A stretch of 64,000 nucleotides of DNA, taken from contig NC_083230.1 of NCBI RefSeq assembly GCF_032191835.1, positions 95,852,001-95,916,000 on the forward strand. The letters are read 5' to 3'. The notes under the pieces were generated by a model, which saw nothing but the letters and a program-made list of their open reading frames with translations, ran no database searches and had not been told where the DNA came from. This document shows positions 36,448 through 48,045 of the stretch, in pieces (the stretch's first letter is position 1; each line of letters starts with the position of its first letter). Made by a program: the position numbers and the translations under genes. This stretch comes from Heteronotia binoei (taxonomy: Eukaryota).

Positions 36448-37920
36448 GTTTTCCGAAACAAGGCAGCAAACAGCAAGACTTTATTGGCATAAAACAGATT
36501 TAGCAGTAAAATAGCAATATAAATAATATAAAATCCTAGATTATAGAGTACATAGGGAGCTAATATACATAAAATAAGTAAAATATATATGAGTCGAGTT
36601 TAGCCAAATTAAATAATTAAAACAAATAAATGTGGTCATTCCAGAATCATTCTCTGTCGTATTTCCATGGCCTGTTGGAGAAATCTAGCCACCATTAAAG
36701 TTACCTCAGCGCAAGTGTTATTTAAAAGTTTGTGGACTTTGCCTGAATCAGCACAGCCCAACATATCTGCTAAGATATCTTTCAGGTATATACAACGAAT
36801 ATCATCATAAAGAGGACAGTTCAATAATACATGGGAAATGGTTTCAATACACTTGGAATTACAAGGACAGTGTCATTAGAGTACTCAATCCTGTTAAATC
36901 TACCAAATAGGATAGCAGATGGTAATGCATTACATCTCATTAACGAGAACGCACGCTGTTGCTGTGGAGCTGGTAGAGAGGAGAAATACGACACTAATTT
37001 TCCTACTGAGAGAGGAAGTTCGAAATTCAGCGGGGAGCAAGACTTGTTGACCAGGCTATATAACGTTTGCATTTCAATATCTAGAATTCTGAGCTTAAGT
37101 TTCAAAAAAGCATCTTTTAAGGAAAGCATAAGAAGTGAATCTAAATCAATGCCCATAGATTTAATTTTCCTCTCAATAAATACTAGCCAATTTGACAAAT
37201 TAGATTCTGAGAGCAGTTGATATAAAAGGCTCTCTGAGTCAGAGTGGAAATGTAGCCTTAGCCAGTATTTAAGTGACATTAGCCATGCTTGTGTTTCCAC
37301 AAGATTCGTCCCTGTTTCTAAACACAAAACTTTGGGAATCCCAGAATTTTCCGTAGGAATTTTGATTGGTCACCTTCAATGTTATTAGCCAAGGCTGTGA
37401 TCCACACTGGGACCCCATATAAAAGCTGCGGTATCACTTTAGCCTTAAAGATTTTTAGCGCAGCTAGGATAAGCTGATTGCCTCTGCTGTAAAAGAAGCG
37501 CTGGATAGCTGCAACGCTAACATTGACTGACTTGTACATTATACAGTTACGATGATTAGTCCAAAGTGTGTTATATTGAAAATGAATTCCTAGGTATTTG
37601 TAGTATTTTACTTGTTCTATCTCTTTGCCACCTATTGACCATTGAGTTGGTTTAAGATTTGGAAAAAACAATTTTAGATTTGTCATAGTTCAATAGGAGC
37701 TTATTGTTGTTAAGGAAGGTGATAACAGCGAACAAGCAAACGCTTTAATCCAATTCTGGAACAAGATAGTAAGACTGTATTGTCCGCATATAACAGTAAG
37801 GGAACATGTCTGGCACCAAGTTTTGGACTATGATGGTCAGTATCTGACAAAAAGGGAGCAAGATAATTAAGAAAGAGGTTAAACAAAAAGGGGGCCAACA
37901 CACAACCTAAACAAGACAAC
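36448..37920 (-). mobile_element. Non-LTR retrotransposon RT and C-terminal fragment (RTE-X/Daphne-like; clade uncertain)
   Basis: GCVLAPFLFNLFLN, LLLYADNTVLLS, KYYKYLGIHF, LLYGVPVW; 3' end with aataaag near 36480. Confidence 0.8.
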
Positions 37921-37959
37921 AATGCTTTGGTTCATGCTTTTAGCTGCACGGACATTAAA

Positions 37960-38499
37960 TGCGCAGATGTGGAAGCAAGACAAAATACCAGAAAAATGGG
38001 ACTGGATTATGAAAACTATGCATTGGAGTTTTCACATTGGAGTGAAATGGACAAGCTGACTAGAATCTTAAAAGAATATGATTCAGAAAAATTTAAAAAT
38101 GAGTGGGGTAAATTTCAGATTTCATGATTTTTAACAATAGTTAAATGCAAGAGAAAACGTAAATGGACTTTAGTGAAAAAATGTGATTATGGGAATATAA
38201 CCTTTCTTATAAGGATAATAATCATAGTTAATGGTTTTTTCCTTATCTTTAATTTACTGTAGTTATAAGGTATTTTTTTAATGAAGATTCTTAAAATGTC
38301 AAATTACCTTTTATATATTTTTTTAGTACTTTGGGAATATTATGAGTAAAATGCACTGGAGGAGGTCACGAAAGGGGGGGGAGGGAGATGGAAAATATAA
38401 TGCAATGTATTGGTATTAAACATTTAGTAACAGTTGAATATTATAAAATGTTGCAGAATAATAAAAATTGTTTTTAATAAAAAATAAAAATAAAAAAAC
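37960..38499 (+). mobile_element. L1-clade 3' end with A-rich tail
   Basis: KIPEKWDW...EMDKLTRILKE...FKNEWGKF, AT-rich 3' UTR, AATAAA and A-rich tail ending at about 38498. Confidence 0.75.
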
Positions 38500-39340
38500 C
38501 TACTTTGCAGTACATTGAAGACTCAACACATGAGGCGATGTCTTTATAATGTAGTGTAAGTTATAACATGTTCCCTAGGTTTAAAAAGCCGTGTTTTAGT
38601 TGTAGACCTTCCTTGGAGACTTTTTCATGATGAAAAATGGCAAATGCTTTATTGTAATTTTGATTTATAATTTTGGATATGTACATTATATGTTATAAAA
38701 TAGTATGAGATATTCCTTCAATAGTGAGTCCTTAAAAAATTCTTTGTACTGAGCAGCTGCAGCATATTCTTGTAGATTTCACTGAAATTGACTTTTTTGT
38801 AGAACACAGGTCTCTCCTGCTTCCCACCTGGGGATTGGCAACCCTAGTCCAGCATGAGTTCCTTTGATCACTTTTGATTGGTTGCCTTAAACAGCTGAGC
38901 ACTGTCATTGTTAGGCACTAACCATGCTTAAGCAGTGTTCTCCTCTTGTACAGAGTATGAAGCAGGTTTGCAAGCCTTGGTTATGAGAGAATTCTGGTTA
39001 ACATTAGCAATAGTGCTGGCATGAGCATAATATTAAATCATAGGAATGGTAAATAAAGGGAAGATTCAAGCTGGAGAGAACTTGGGGTTGACTTCCAGTC
39101 CCTGACCCGTGGTAAGGAGATCAAGATTAACTTCTACACTCTGCTTTTTGCATCCTGGCCCATTCAGTCCAGTGGCTTCTTGGCTGTGTAGTTACCAGAA
39201 GCAGAAGATGGATTTGAACAGTTGACCCAGTATAGAAGAACAAGAAAACTGGATCCTTTGCAAGCACCACCTGTAGAAGTTTTGCTCAGAAAGGGATGGT
39301 GTCCAAGCCTGCCTCATCTTCTTTTTGGCATGATCTACAG

Positions 39341-39469
39341 GGGGAGAGAGTGGCAGAGTTAATCCTTCATCACTCCCGGGCTAACCAGTGCAAGGATGTG
39401 GAGAGATTCAAAGCAGAAATGGCAGAGTTGGTGATGAAAGCCAGGAGCAACACCATAGCCCTGGGAAAG
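39341..39469 (+). CDS. ADCK2: ADCK2 coding exon 6
   Basis: ctacag|GGG; GERVAELILHHSRANQCKDVERFKAEMAELVMKARSNTIALGK; AAG|gtcagt; 129 nt. Confidence 0.95.
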
Positions 39470-39816
39470 GTCAGTTGCCTAGCTAAATGATGAAGGGGAG
39501 GGGGCAGGGCAAATCCAGGAGGGGGCATTGCTCCTAGTGCCCGCATGTGGCTACAGGCCTGGATCGGAATACAGAGACAAGTAAGAAAATGCCCTGGTTC
39601 TCTACAGACAAGACAGATGGCTTCGGATCTCTTTATCTGATGTGACTTTTCTCTCTCTCTATTTTGCCTAAATAAAAGGAATTTCAAATGAAAATATGAT
39701 GTTGTGATTAGAGCAGAAATCCCCAGGCAAGTCATGAAGCTGACTGGGTAATCTGGGGCCAGTCATATTCTCTTAATCTGCTCATAGGAATATTATAAGG
39801 GTAAAATAGCAAGGAG

Positions 39817-40007
39817 CGGGGCTTTTTTTTGTAGCAGGAAATACATAATTTCCTTTGCATAATAGACCACACCTCACTGCTATAGCCAATCTTCCAAGAG
39901 CATACAGGGGTCTTAATACAGGGCCTTAGTAAGCGCCAGCAGGACTGGCTATATCAGGGCTGTGTGGCCTAATATGCAAAGGTACTCCTGCTACAAAAAA
40001 AGCTCTG
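39817..40007. mobile_element. Palindromic hAT MITE family 3 (CAGGGCTTTTTTTGTAGCAGG)
   Basis: Perfect TSD gcaaggag. Siblings at 17559-17740 (TSD actgtacc, nested in another DNA element) and 12239-12416. Confidence 0.83.
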
Positions 40008-40381
40008 GCAAGGAGAATAGAATGATGTACGAGCTACTTGGAGGAATGGCAGGATAAAAATGTAACAATACAGATAGTTGTTAAAAATACAGATAATGGA
40101 AATAATGAGGGCTGTCAGTCAAACAGAGATTTTGCCATGTAGTCTGTGCTTAAGGCCATTGGAGAAAAAATGGGACGGGGCGGAGATGCCCATCTGGGAT
40201 ATACAACAGCTTGATAGATGCTCTTGGCTATAGACCAAAATATTCAAAACACACTGAATGGATGTCTTTTTTTTTTACTGTTCCCTACCTGGTTCCATTG
40301 CTGACTTTTACGTTTACTGTTCCTAGTTTGTTGCAGTTAAGGTCTCTTGACCAGTGGCACTTCTAACGTTTTGTATTACAG

Positions 40382-40435
40382 CTCCAAGTAGCGAGCCTTC
40401 TATCCAGCGTCTTCAAGTTACTAATGACCCACAAG
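40382..40435 (+). CDS. ADCK2: ADCK2 coding exon 7
   Basis: tattacag|CTC; LQVASLLSSVFKLLMTHK; AAG|gtgaga; 54 nt. Confidence 0.93.
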
Positions 40436-42162
40436 GTGAGAGAACCAGGTTTTATTCCCCACTCCTCCACTTGCAGCTGCTGGAATGGTCTTGGGTTAGC
40501 CATAGCTCTTGCAGAGCTATCCTTGAAAGGGCAGCTTCTGGGAGAGCTCTTTCAGCCCCACCTACCTCACAGGGTGTCTGTTGTGTGGGAGAAAGGTAAA
40601 GGAGATTGTGAGCTGCTCTGAGATTCAGAGTGAAGGGTGAGATATAAATCCAGTATCATCATCACCACCATCCAGTTGATCTGTGTTGCCTGGTCCTGTA
40701 AGAGTCAGCCAGTCACTGACACCTGGCCCTTGGACAGCTGGCCATCTGACAACTGGATGACTGGAATCTCCACCCTGGGGGCAGAGACAGGAAGCAATTG
40801 CTCAGAAGGCATTGCTGGTGTCTCATGGGCGTTGCTATTCCCCCATAAGGCTTCTGGGTAGAGGGAGGGCTATTCGGCATGCCCAGATCTGGTCAGGGCC
40901 TTTAAAAGGCTCGAGGGAAGTGGCCAAGAATAGACCAGCTCTGACTTCCAGCTCAGAAAGGAGCAGAGTTCGAGGATGTGAAGTCAGGTGGTGCTCAACA
41001 CCCTTCCCATCAGCAGCCAAATGGACCCTGGAGCATGAAGGCTGCGCCCTGGGGATCTGACAATAGAAAATTTGATGGTCCTCCATTTATCAGTAGGACA
41101 GTGAAGGTGGGGTCCCCTGTGACAAGACAGACATTTCTGCAAACTCAGGATACTTTCCAAGAGTTCAGAAAAATATTAGTTTATAGATTAAAGAAGGGGG
41201 TGGGGAACCTAGATGGGATAATTGCTGCCATCTGGTAGGCATGGAATGTTGAAGGCACTTAAGAGTCAAATAGAGCAAAAAGAGGAAACCTGAGGGAGCT
41301 GGAAGAAATTAGTTCTGAAGATCCTCCAGCATTCTGGTGAGGGAGATTTGGGTCAGGTCAGGGAGAAATTTCTCAATTATTTACCACCATCTGGACATTT
41401 CCTTGATTTTGTAATAATAAGCTTCACCAGAAAGGCAGCTAAAGAGTTCCACTTACACACAAGATCAGAATTAATGCAAGCTTGGGAGACTCCATGGGTA
41501 TGCAGAAAAAATTAGTAGTCCATACACAGGAAAACACTCCTTTCCCATTCACCTAGTGAGGACTGAGGATGCTTTTTGCACTTGCAATATGGACAGCAGA
41601 TGAGAATCAGTTTTAGGGGGGAAAGGAAGGAAGAGTAAAACTGATCTATTGATTTGAACACATTTATTTGGCATGTCACATTCAATTGCATAGTCTGAGC
41701 CACTTGTATTTCTCAAATCTACAAAATTCAGAGATTTCACAAAGTGTTGCAAATGAGTTAAGTCCCTGGGTGTTGTATTCTGAGTCTACTACAAAAGTGT
41801 AAGTAAAAAAAAAAACCCAGCATCTTGTTCCCTCTCTACATCTAAATCTGACATAATTCCAGATGACAACTCAGCCTTAAAGGCTGCAAACTAGACTCTA
41901 TAAGTGTATGCAGCAGTTCCCAGGGTACTGGAAGTTACATCCGGTAACAAAAGAATTCTGTCTGATTGCATCTCAACCAGGATTTTCAAGCAAAATAAGG
42001 CTGCCAGAGTAATTTAAAGCATTTTCAAACCAGTGCACATGACAACCTACAAAGGAAAGTTGGTTGTGGAGGGGGCTCTCAGCCATGACAGCTGGTAGCT
42101 GGGAAGAGGAAAACCTTCAGCTGCTGCAGGATCTGAGATGGATGGAAGGAGGTTGTGGATTT

Positions 42163-42352
42163 AGACTGTAGCTAAATGGTAGACCATTCGTTTTCCATGC
42201 AGAAGATCCTGGGTTCAACCCCTGGCACCTCCAGTTAAAAGGACCAGGTAGGAGGTGATGGGGGAAAGCCCTGAGACCTGGGGAGGTCACTGCCAGTCAG
42301 AATAGACAACATCACCCTTGATAGACTCACCACAGGGCAGCTTTGTATGTTT
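42163..42352 (+). mobile_element. Squam2-like tRNA SINE; representative copy
   Basis: gtagctaaatggtagacca..gggttcaacccctggcacctccagttaaaaggaccagg. Other copies at about 45628-45810(+), 46589-46818(-), 48180-48378(-) and 49520-49720(-). Confidence 0.72.
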
Positions 42353-43023
42353 TGACTGATGCTGCTATTCCCTCTGACCTCTGTGATCACCATCTGGATC
42401 CTGTATTGGCTGTGTTTGCCATCTACCTTGCCTTTTTCATTCCGGCTCCAAGTAGCAAACTCACTAAAAATACTTTCATCTGTTCTGACATGTGACAGCA
42501 TCCCTAAGCCCTTGATGCTTATTATGTCCTTGTAGATCTTCTCATCCCTTTCCATCCCCACTTTCTCCTCACCTGCTGGCATTTGGATTGTCCTCTTGCC
42601 TGGCTGCACAGTCCTCCTTCCTTTGGCCCCAGCAGCATTGCAGGCATTTTCACTGTCTCAGGACAGAGAAAAAAGCTGAGTACAACAGTGGAGATGCTGA
42701 GGGGTGGCTACAGGATCATCTGGTTGTGCGCTCCTTCCCTAGTGTCCATGATTACTGGAATGAACCAAGCAAACCTCTGCCCTCTGCCCCTCTTGCAAAA
42801 TCACCTTTTGTTCCACATGACAGTTGGTGTGTCACATTGTTACTGTTAGCGGGCCATATTCTTTCTACCTAAAATGACTTTAGCCTTCACCTTTAATGTT
42901 TGCATTCCTATAACATTTCACACAATGCTCACTTTGTTCTTCATAAGGGGACAAATCTTGAAAACGTGTCCTTTGCTGAAACGGTAACGAGTTTCCTTAC
43001 TTCTCCTGTCTTTGTGCTTCCAG

Positions 43024-43167
43024 GTGAAGCTGGAGAGTAACTTTGCCTCTGTTGTATTTGCCATTATGGTGCTGGAAGGCCTCGGCCGCTCGCTGGACCC
43101 TGAACTGGATATCCTGAAAGCAGCGAAACCTCTTCTTGTCAAACCTTCAGGTTCCCTCCTGGAGTAG
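43024..43167 (+). CDS. ADCK2: ADCK2 terminal coding exon 8
   Basis: cttccag|GTG; VKLESNFASVVFAIMVLEGLGRSLDPELDILKAAKPLLVKPSGSLLE-TAG. Candidate AATAAA signals at 43570 and 44858. Confidence 0.95.
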   Translation: MKLESNFASVVFAIMVLEGLGRSLDPELDILKAAKPLLVKPSGSLLE

Positions 43168-44414
43168 CGGTCAGCCTGGCTCATATGTTTGGAATAGAAG
43201 GCAGAAACAGTCTATAGATGGAAGACTTTGCTGAGATTTATTACTCAGTTTATTTGTATCTGGTGCTGAAACCTTCCCACTGGATCCAGATGTTTGGATG
43301 TAATGAATGTAGTGCACTATAACAAAGTCAACCAAAAGTGTGTCCATTTTTTAGCTGTCAACAGTGGTAGACTGTCAGTTGGTCTGAAAACCATCGGGAA
43401 CCTAGAATGTTAAAAATGCCATTAGGGTACTCCATTTGGCCTTAACTACAAAGCAGTGGCTTTTGCCCAACAAGAGGGCCAGGAACAGAAATATGTTGTT
43501 TTTTACATATGCTGTTGGTGTATGTTCTTCTAAGTGCAACAATTTGTCTTGGGGAAGGTTGTATGTATTAATAAACGGTTTGAAGTAGGAAGAAGCTGTC
43601 TGTGTGGATGGTGCTACCTAGATGGGAAGGACAGTAGGAAGCTGTTTCTGGGATGCTGTGCATTTCCGGCTGTTCAAGTGTGCCTGTCTCTTGCGGAAGC
43701 ATTGCTACAGCTGGAAAACATTTCCATTCACAGTTCCATTGTCATATTTTCAGCACTGTATTTTGAATGGTTGAAACGTTCTTGCCATTCACAGTTTCCC
43801 TCTTCCCTCAGCATCCCTCAGGTTTTTTCCTGCAAGAGGCCATTGAGAACAGGAAGACTGGGAAGACATGTTATTTGGCTGGGGGTGGGTCCAGTACCTT
43901 CTGTGTGGATGAGAGGGTCTGTCTGCATACAGTAATTGAGGGAAGCTGCTATTTGAGGGACAAGAATAATCAGGAGACCAATTCTTATATTTGAGGTTGT
44001 ACCATAATATCTTGGTGGTGATCTCAAGAGACATTTTGGCCTCAGGTTAACAATTTTGATACTCTGAACTATTTCCTCTTAAGCCAGCTGTAGAACAACC
44101 AGTCTGCATTTCTTTTTGACACGGATGAGCCCCAGATTGAGTGGAGCTCTGCAAACTTAGGCATTGTTCATGCTTATGGCTAGTAGCATAGCCTGTCTTT
44201 ACTTGTGTAAGCATGTGGCGAGGGCTGGGACCATCAGGATGCATCCTTTCCACCTCCCATCTTCCTCCTAGGAGATGATGTCATTGGAATGGTCCTTGGG
44301 CTGGGTGTAGCTGGGAACTCCTCTCCAAACATGAGCTAGAGGAAACATGCCACCTATAAAGGGACACTCAGGGTCATCCTGCAAACACTGTCCTGGGAGT
44401 AAGCTCCATTAAAT

Positions 44415-44715
44415 AGACTTGAGTAGGACTTAAAACATAAGAGAAGCCATGTTGGATCAGGCCAATAGCCCATCCAGTCCAAAAAAACCAGGTGCTATCA
44501 GGAGGTCCATCAGTGGGGCCAGGACACTAGAAGCCCTCCCACTGTCCCCCCGCCCCCCCCCCAAGCACCAAGAATACAGACGAGCATCACTGCCCCAGAC
44601 AGAGAGTTCCATCAATACGCTGTGGCTAATAGCCACTATGGACCTCTGCTTCATATGTCTATCCAATCCCCTCGTGAAGCTGGCTATGCTTGTAGCTGCC
44701 AATACCTTTAAACCT
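44415..44715 (-). mobile_element. CR1 3' end fragment
   Basis: Reverse complement of the same 3' UTR and tail seen at 4330-4607. Confidence 0.85.
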
Positions 44716-46886
44716 GCTTGGGATTTCTTTCCTAAGGATAGCATCTAGCTCCTGAATGCTTGCACTGGTATACTGGCCTGCAATACTGAATTAACATCCT
44801 TGTGACACCTGCATAACATGATGATTTGTGACATCATACTAACAAAACACAACAATGAATAAATGGCATCTAAGCATTTATTTGTTTTTGCACCAAAGCT
44901 CAGAAAGGAATGGATATGTGCTTTTCAGGCTGCTTACCAGCAACCTCCAGAGTAAGGAGAGTGACTTCCCCTTCTAACCATTGTGAGTCTAGTCCTGATC
45001 AACAGGCTGATAACAAGCGTGATGAGAATCTTAAGTCAGGTGCGCCTTATTACCCTTAGAGCATTACTCTTGGTCCCAACAGCTTTAACATTGGTGAAAG
45101 TGACCAGATGGCTGTTGGAGGGGAGAACGACTTACACTGTAATACGTTTCTGGCAGGAAGGGCGGGATTTGAAAATATGATAGCCAATTTCATCTCTATA
45201 GAAAATTTTCAAGTGAGTTAAGCATATTTGTGGACTTAAGCAAAGTTAATTCATAGGTGGGGAGGGGAAGGAATGAAAAGACAATCCCTAAAGCGTGCCA
45301 GCATTAATGAAGAGGACAGGATGGAACCTTGTGACAGATCCAGTCATTGCAACATGAAGGTTTGAGAATGGCACGGCACATGCTTTACACTGAGAATTGC
45401 TCCTTGGAATCTCCAGTTGAAAGGTTCTCTGTAGTGTGATTTCAGAATTCCAAAGATACGCACAGGCTCAATAAGGCTGGGGTTCCCTGCTCTAAGCCAT
45501 TAGCTGTACACAGCCTCAGCGGATGGTTTCACCACCCTCAGCAGCATGCTGAATAGTCCTTGAGAAACACTGCCAATCAGAGCAGACAGTGGGGCTGGAT
45601 GGACCAGTGAATTGGATCATAAGGCCATTGGAGGGGGTGCACAGCTCAGTGGTACTCACTGCACTGTGTCTAGAATCTATGTTCAATTCCCAGCATCTCC
45701 AGTTAAAAGGACCAGGTAGAAGGTGATGTGCAAAACCTCTACCTGAGACCCTGGAGAACTGCCAATCTGAGTAGACAGCACTGAAGCGGATGGACAGCTA
45801 TTGGGGAACGGGTTAAAAGAATGTCTGCCTGAGACGTGGAAGAGACGATACAGTCACAGGAGGGAGTATTGGAACACCACCAGCCATCAAAATACCAGCT
45901 AAGGAGCACAGAGAAAAATCCTATGCAATACACACTTTTAAAAAAATGGCCTAAAGCAGATATTCTTGTGATATTACCCACCACCACCCAGGTACTCTAG
46001 CACAGTGTTCCCTCTAAGCTAGCTCACAGTCTTTAGCCTCCAGCTTACACATTTCTGTTTTAGCTCAGGAAGGATGACCCCTAATTTATGCAGTAGTTCA
46101 CAGCTTTAATGCCAGTAGCTCATAAAGTAGAATTTTTGCTCACAAGACTCTGCAGCTCAGAGGGAACATTGCTTTAGGAGATGCACCAACTACAATGCAG
46201 TGGCTGCTGCACTACCTACAGATGACCCCTGGGTTAGGTGTTCCAATCATTTGAACTTCACTTTCATAAGACACATGCCTAGAGATACAATCCCGTTCCA
46301 CTTTGGGGGCTGGGTTTGACTTTTCTGATGTACACCATGAGAACTCAGCAATTGGGTTTGACTTCAAGTAGTGCAGGATGCAAGAAAATGTCAGCCCTGC
46401 AAACCATGATGGTTTACAGGACCACCTTCTCTGGTTTCTCTAAGTCAGGGGTCCCCCATGTGATACAAGCATGGGACCAGTCCTTGGAATCTCCAACGGA
46501 AAGCTTCTCTTTAGTCGGACAGGAGACATCCTTGAGAACTACTGCCAATCAGCCAACGCATCACCTGACACTCACTGAGTGTTTTCAGAAAGTGGGTAGG
46601 GCCAAGTGAACACACACAAAGCTGCCTTATACTGAATTAGACTCTTGGCTCTATCAAGGTCAGTATTATCAACTCAGACCAGCAGCAGCTCTCCAGGGTT
46701 TCAGGCAAAGTTCTTTCACATCATCTCCTGCCTGATCCTTTTAACTGGAGATGCTGGGGCTTCAATCCGGGACCTTCTGCATGCCAAGCAGAGATTCCAC
46801 CACTGAGCCACAGCCCCTGCAAAGGGAATCTTTTGCTCATCACAGCACCTGATAGTCCAGTGGAGTTTCTACTGGCGCTGCAGATT

Positions 46887-47043
46887 TTAAAAAATTTGCT
46901 TTGGTGTCAGCTGCCAGGAGTGTCTCCTCTTTTCCAGGGTATTTTTTAAAATCGCCTCTCTTCTTTCCTGCACTTGGACTTCCTCTAGGTATGTGCAGAA
47001 GTCTGCCTCTTGTGGCAGCCATTTTGTGGTCATGCCCATCACC
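46887..47043 (-). CDS. Possible alternative terminal exon of the vWA/DUF4537-like gene
   Basis: ctgtaacag|G GTG ATG is in phase with the AG|gtgaga donor at 47351 and gives VMGMTTKWLPQEADFCTYLEEVQVQERREAILKNTLEKRRHSWQLTPKQIF-TAA. Confidence 0.3.
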
Positions 47044-47346
47044 CTGTTACAGAATTCCAAAGACACACACAGGCTCATTAAGGCTGGGGAGCCCTGCTCT
47101 AAGCCATTATCTGTACACAGCCTCAGTGGATGGTTTCACCATCCTCAACAGTGTGTTGAATGGTACACGTGAATGTTTCCAGATCCATTTTCCAAACGTT
47201 CATTTGCTGAAATGGCAGAGTCTTCATGATAGCAAAGAGGCCCAGAGCATGAGGAGCCTCTGCTCTCTGAGATACTGCTGGAGGTCCTCAGTTTCCTGTC
47301 TCTTCTTTTCTACTCGCTGGGACATCAAGTCTCGCTTCTGGAAGTC

Positions 47347-47445
47347 TCACCTTTTGGCAGCCACCTTCTTCTCCTTGGGGTCCTGTTCCTGCCCAGCAGC
47401 CTTCAAATTTCTCTGCATGGACTGCACCCTGTTCTTGAGTAGCTC
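47347..47445 (-). CDS. vWA + DUF4537-like gene, exon K (ends at in-frame TGA or at an overlapping donor)
   Basis: ttttttgcag|GAG; ELLKNRVQSMQRNLKAAGQEQDPKEKKVAAKR-TGA. A coding-like frame continues 40 codons to a second TGA at 47224-47226. See findings. Confidence 0.72.
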   Translation of the reverse strand, partial: ELLKNRVQSMQRNLKAAGQEQDPKEKKVAAKR

Positions 47446-47669
47446 CTGCAAAAAATGCCAGTAAAGGAATTTAAAATGCTGAATGTACCGGTATGTAGCT
47501 CTTCGTTCTGATGATGAAGAGCAGAAATGCAGTCAATGGAAATCTGAAACACTAAATGCTCCTTAATTGCAAGGGCAACTGATTGGATATTTTGTAATTC
47601 TTCACAACAGTTATTAAAATACAAAGCTGGTGTTAGCATCATTCAGTATTGTGAGTTTGTTTGTTTATT

Positions 47670-48045
47670 TATTTATTTAATTCGATTTTTAGCCCACCCT
47701 TCCCATAGGACAGGCTCAGGGCGGGTTACATCTTAAAAACAATCAACAATAAAAACAACAAAAGACCAATTTAAAATATATGACAGTAGAGACTAAAATG
47801 GCGGTTCTGCCTCACAGACATAGCCAGGTCCAGCACTGGGATGGAATGAAGTGGGGAGGCCGATAACAAGTGACATCCACTGCCTCAGTGAAAGCCTGGC
47901 AAAAGAGCTCTGTTTTACAGGCTCTGTGGAATTGGAGCAGATCCCGCAGAGCCCAGATCTCCAGGGGGAGCTCATTCCACCAGGCAGGGGCCAGGGCTGA
48001 AAAGGCCCCAGCTCTCATCGAGGTCAGATGGATGTCTCTGGGGCT
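47670..48045 (-). mobile_element. L2 3' fragment
   Basis: RAFSALAPAWWNELPLEIWALRDLLQFHRACKTELF plus the L2 tail. Confidence 0.85.

Larger units (their letters stand above)
35632..38846. mobile_element. hAT-type non-autonomous DNA transposon (TIR TAGGGTTGCCA) carrying nested insertions
   Basis: TIRs tagggttgcca / tggcaacccta; 8-bp TSD gtccagta / gtccagca. Confidence 0.75.

Noticed and set aside
42163-42235. tRNA-like A/B-box sequences in many places
   Set aside because: All continue into SINE bodies; no complete cloverleaf with terminator.
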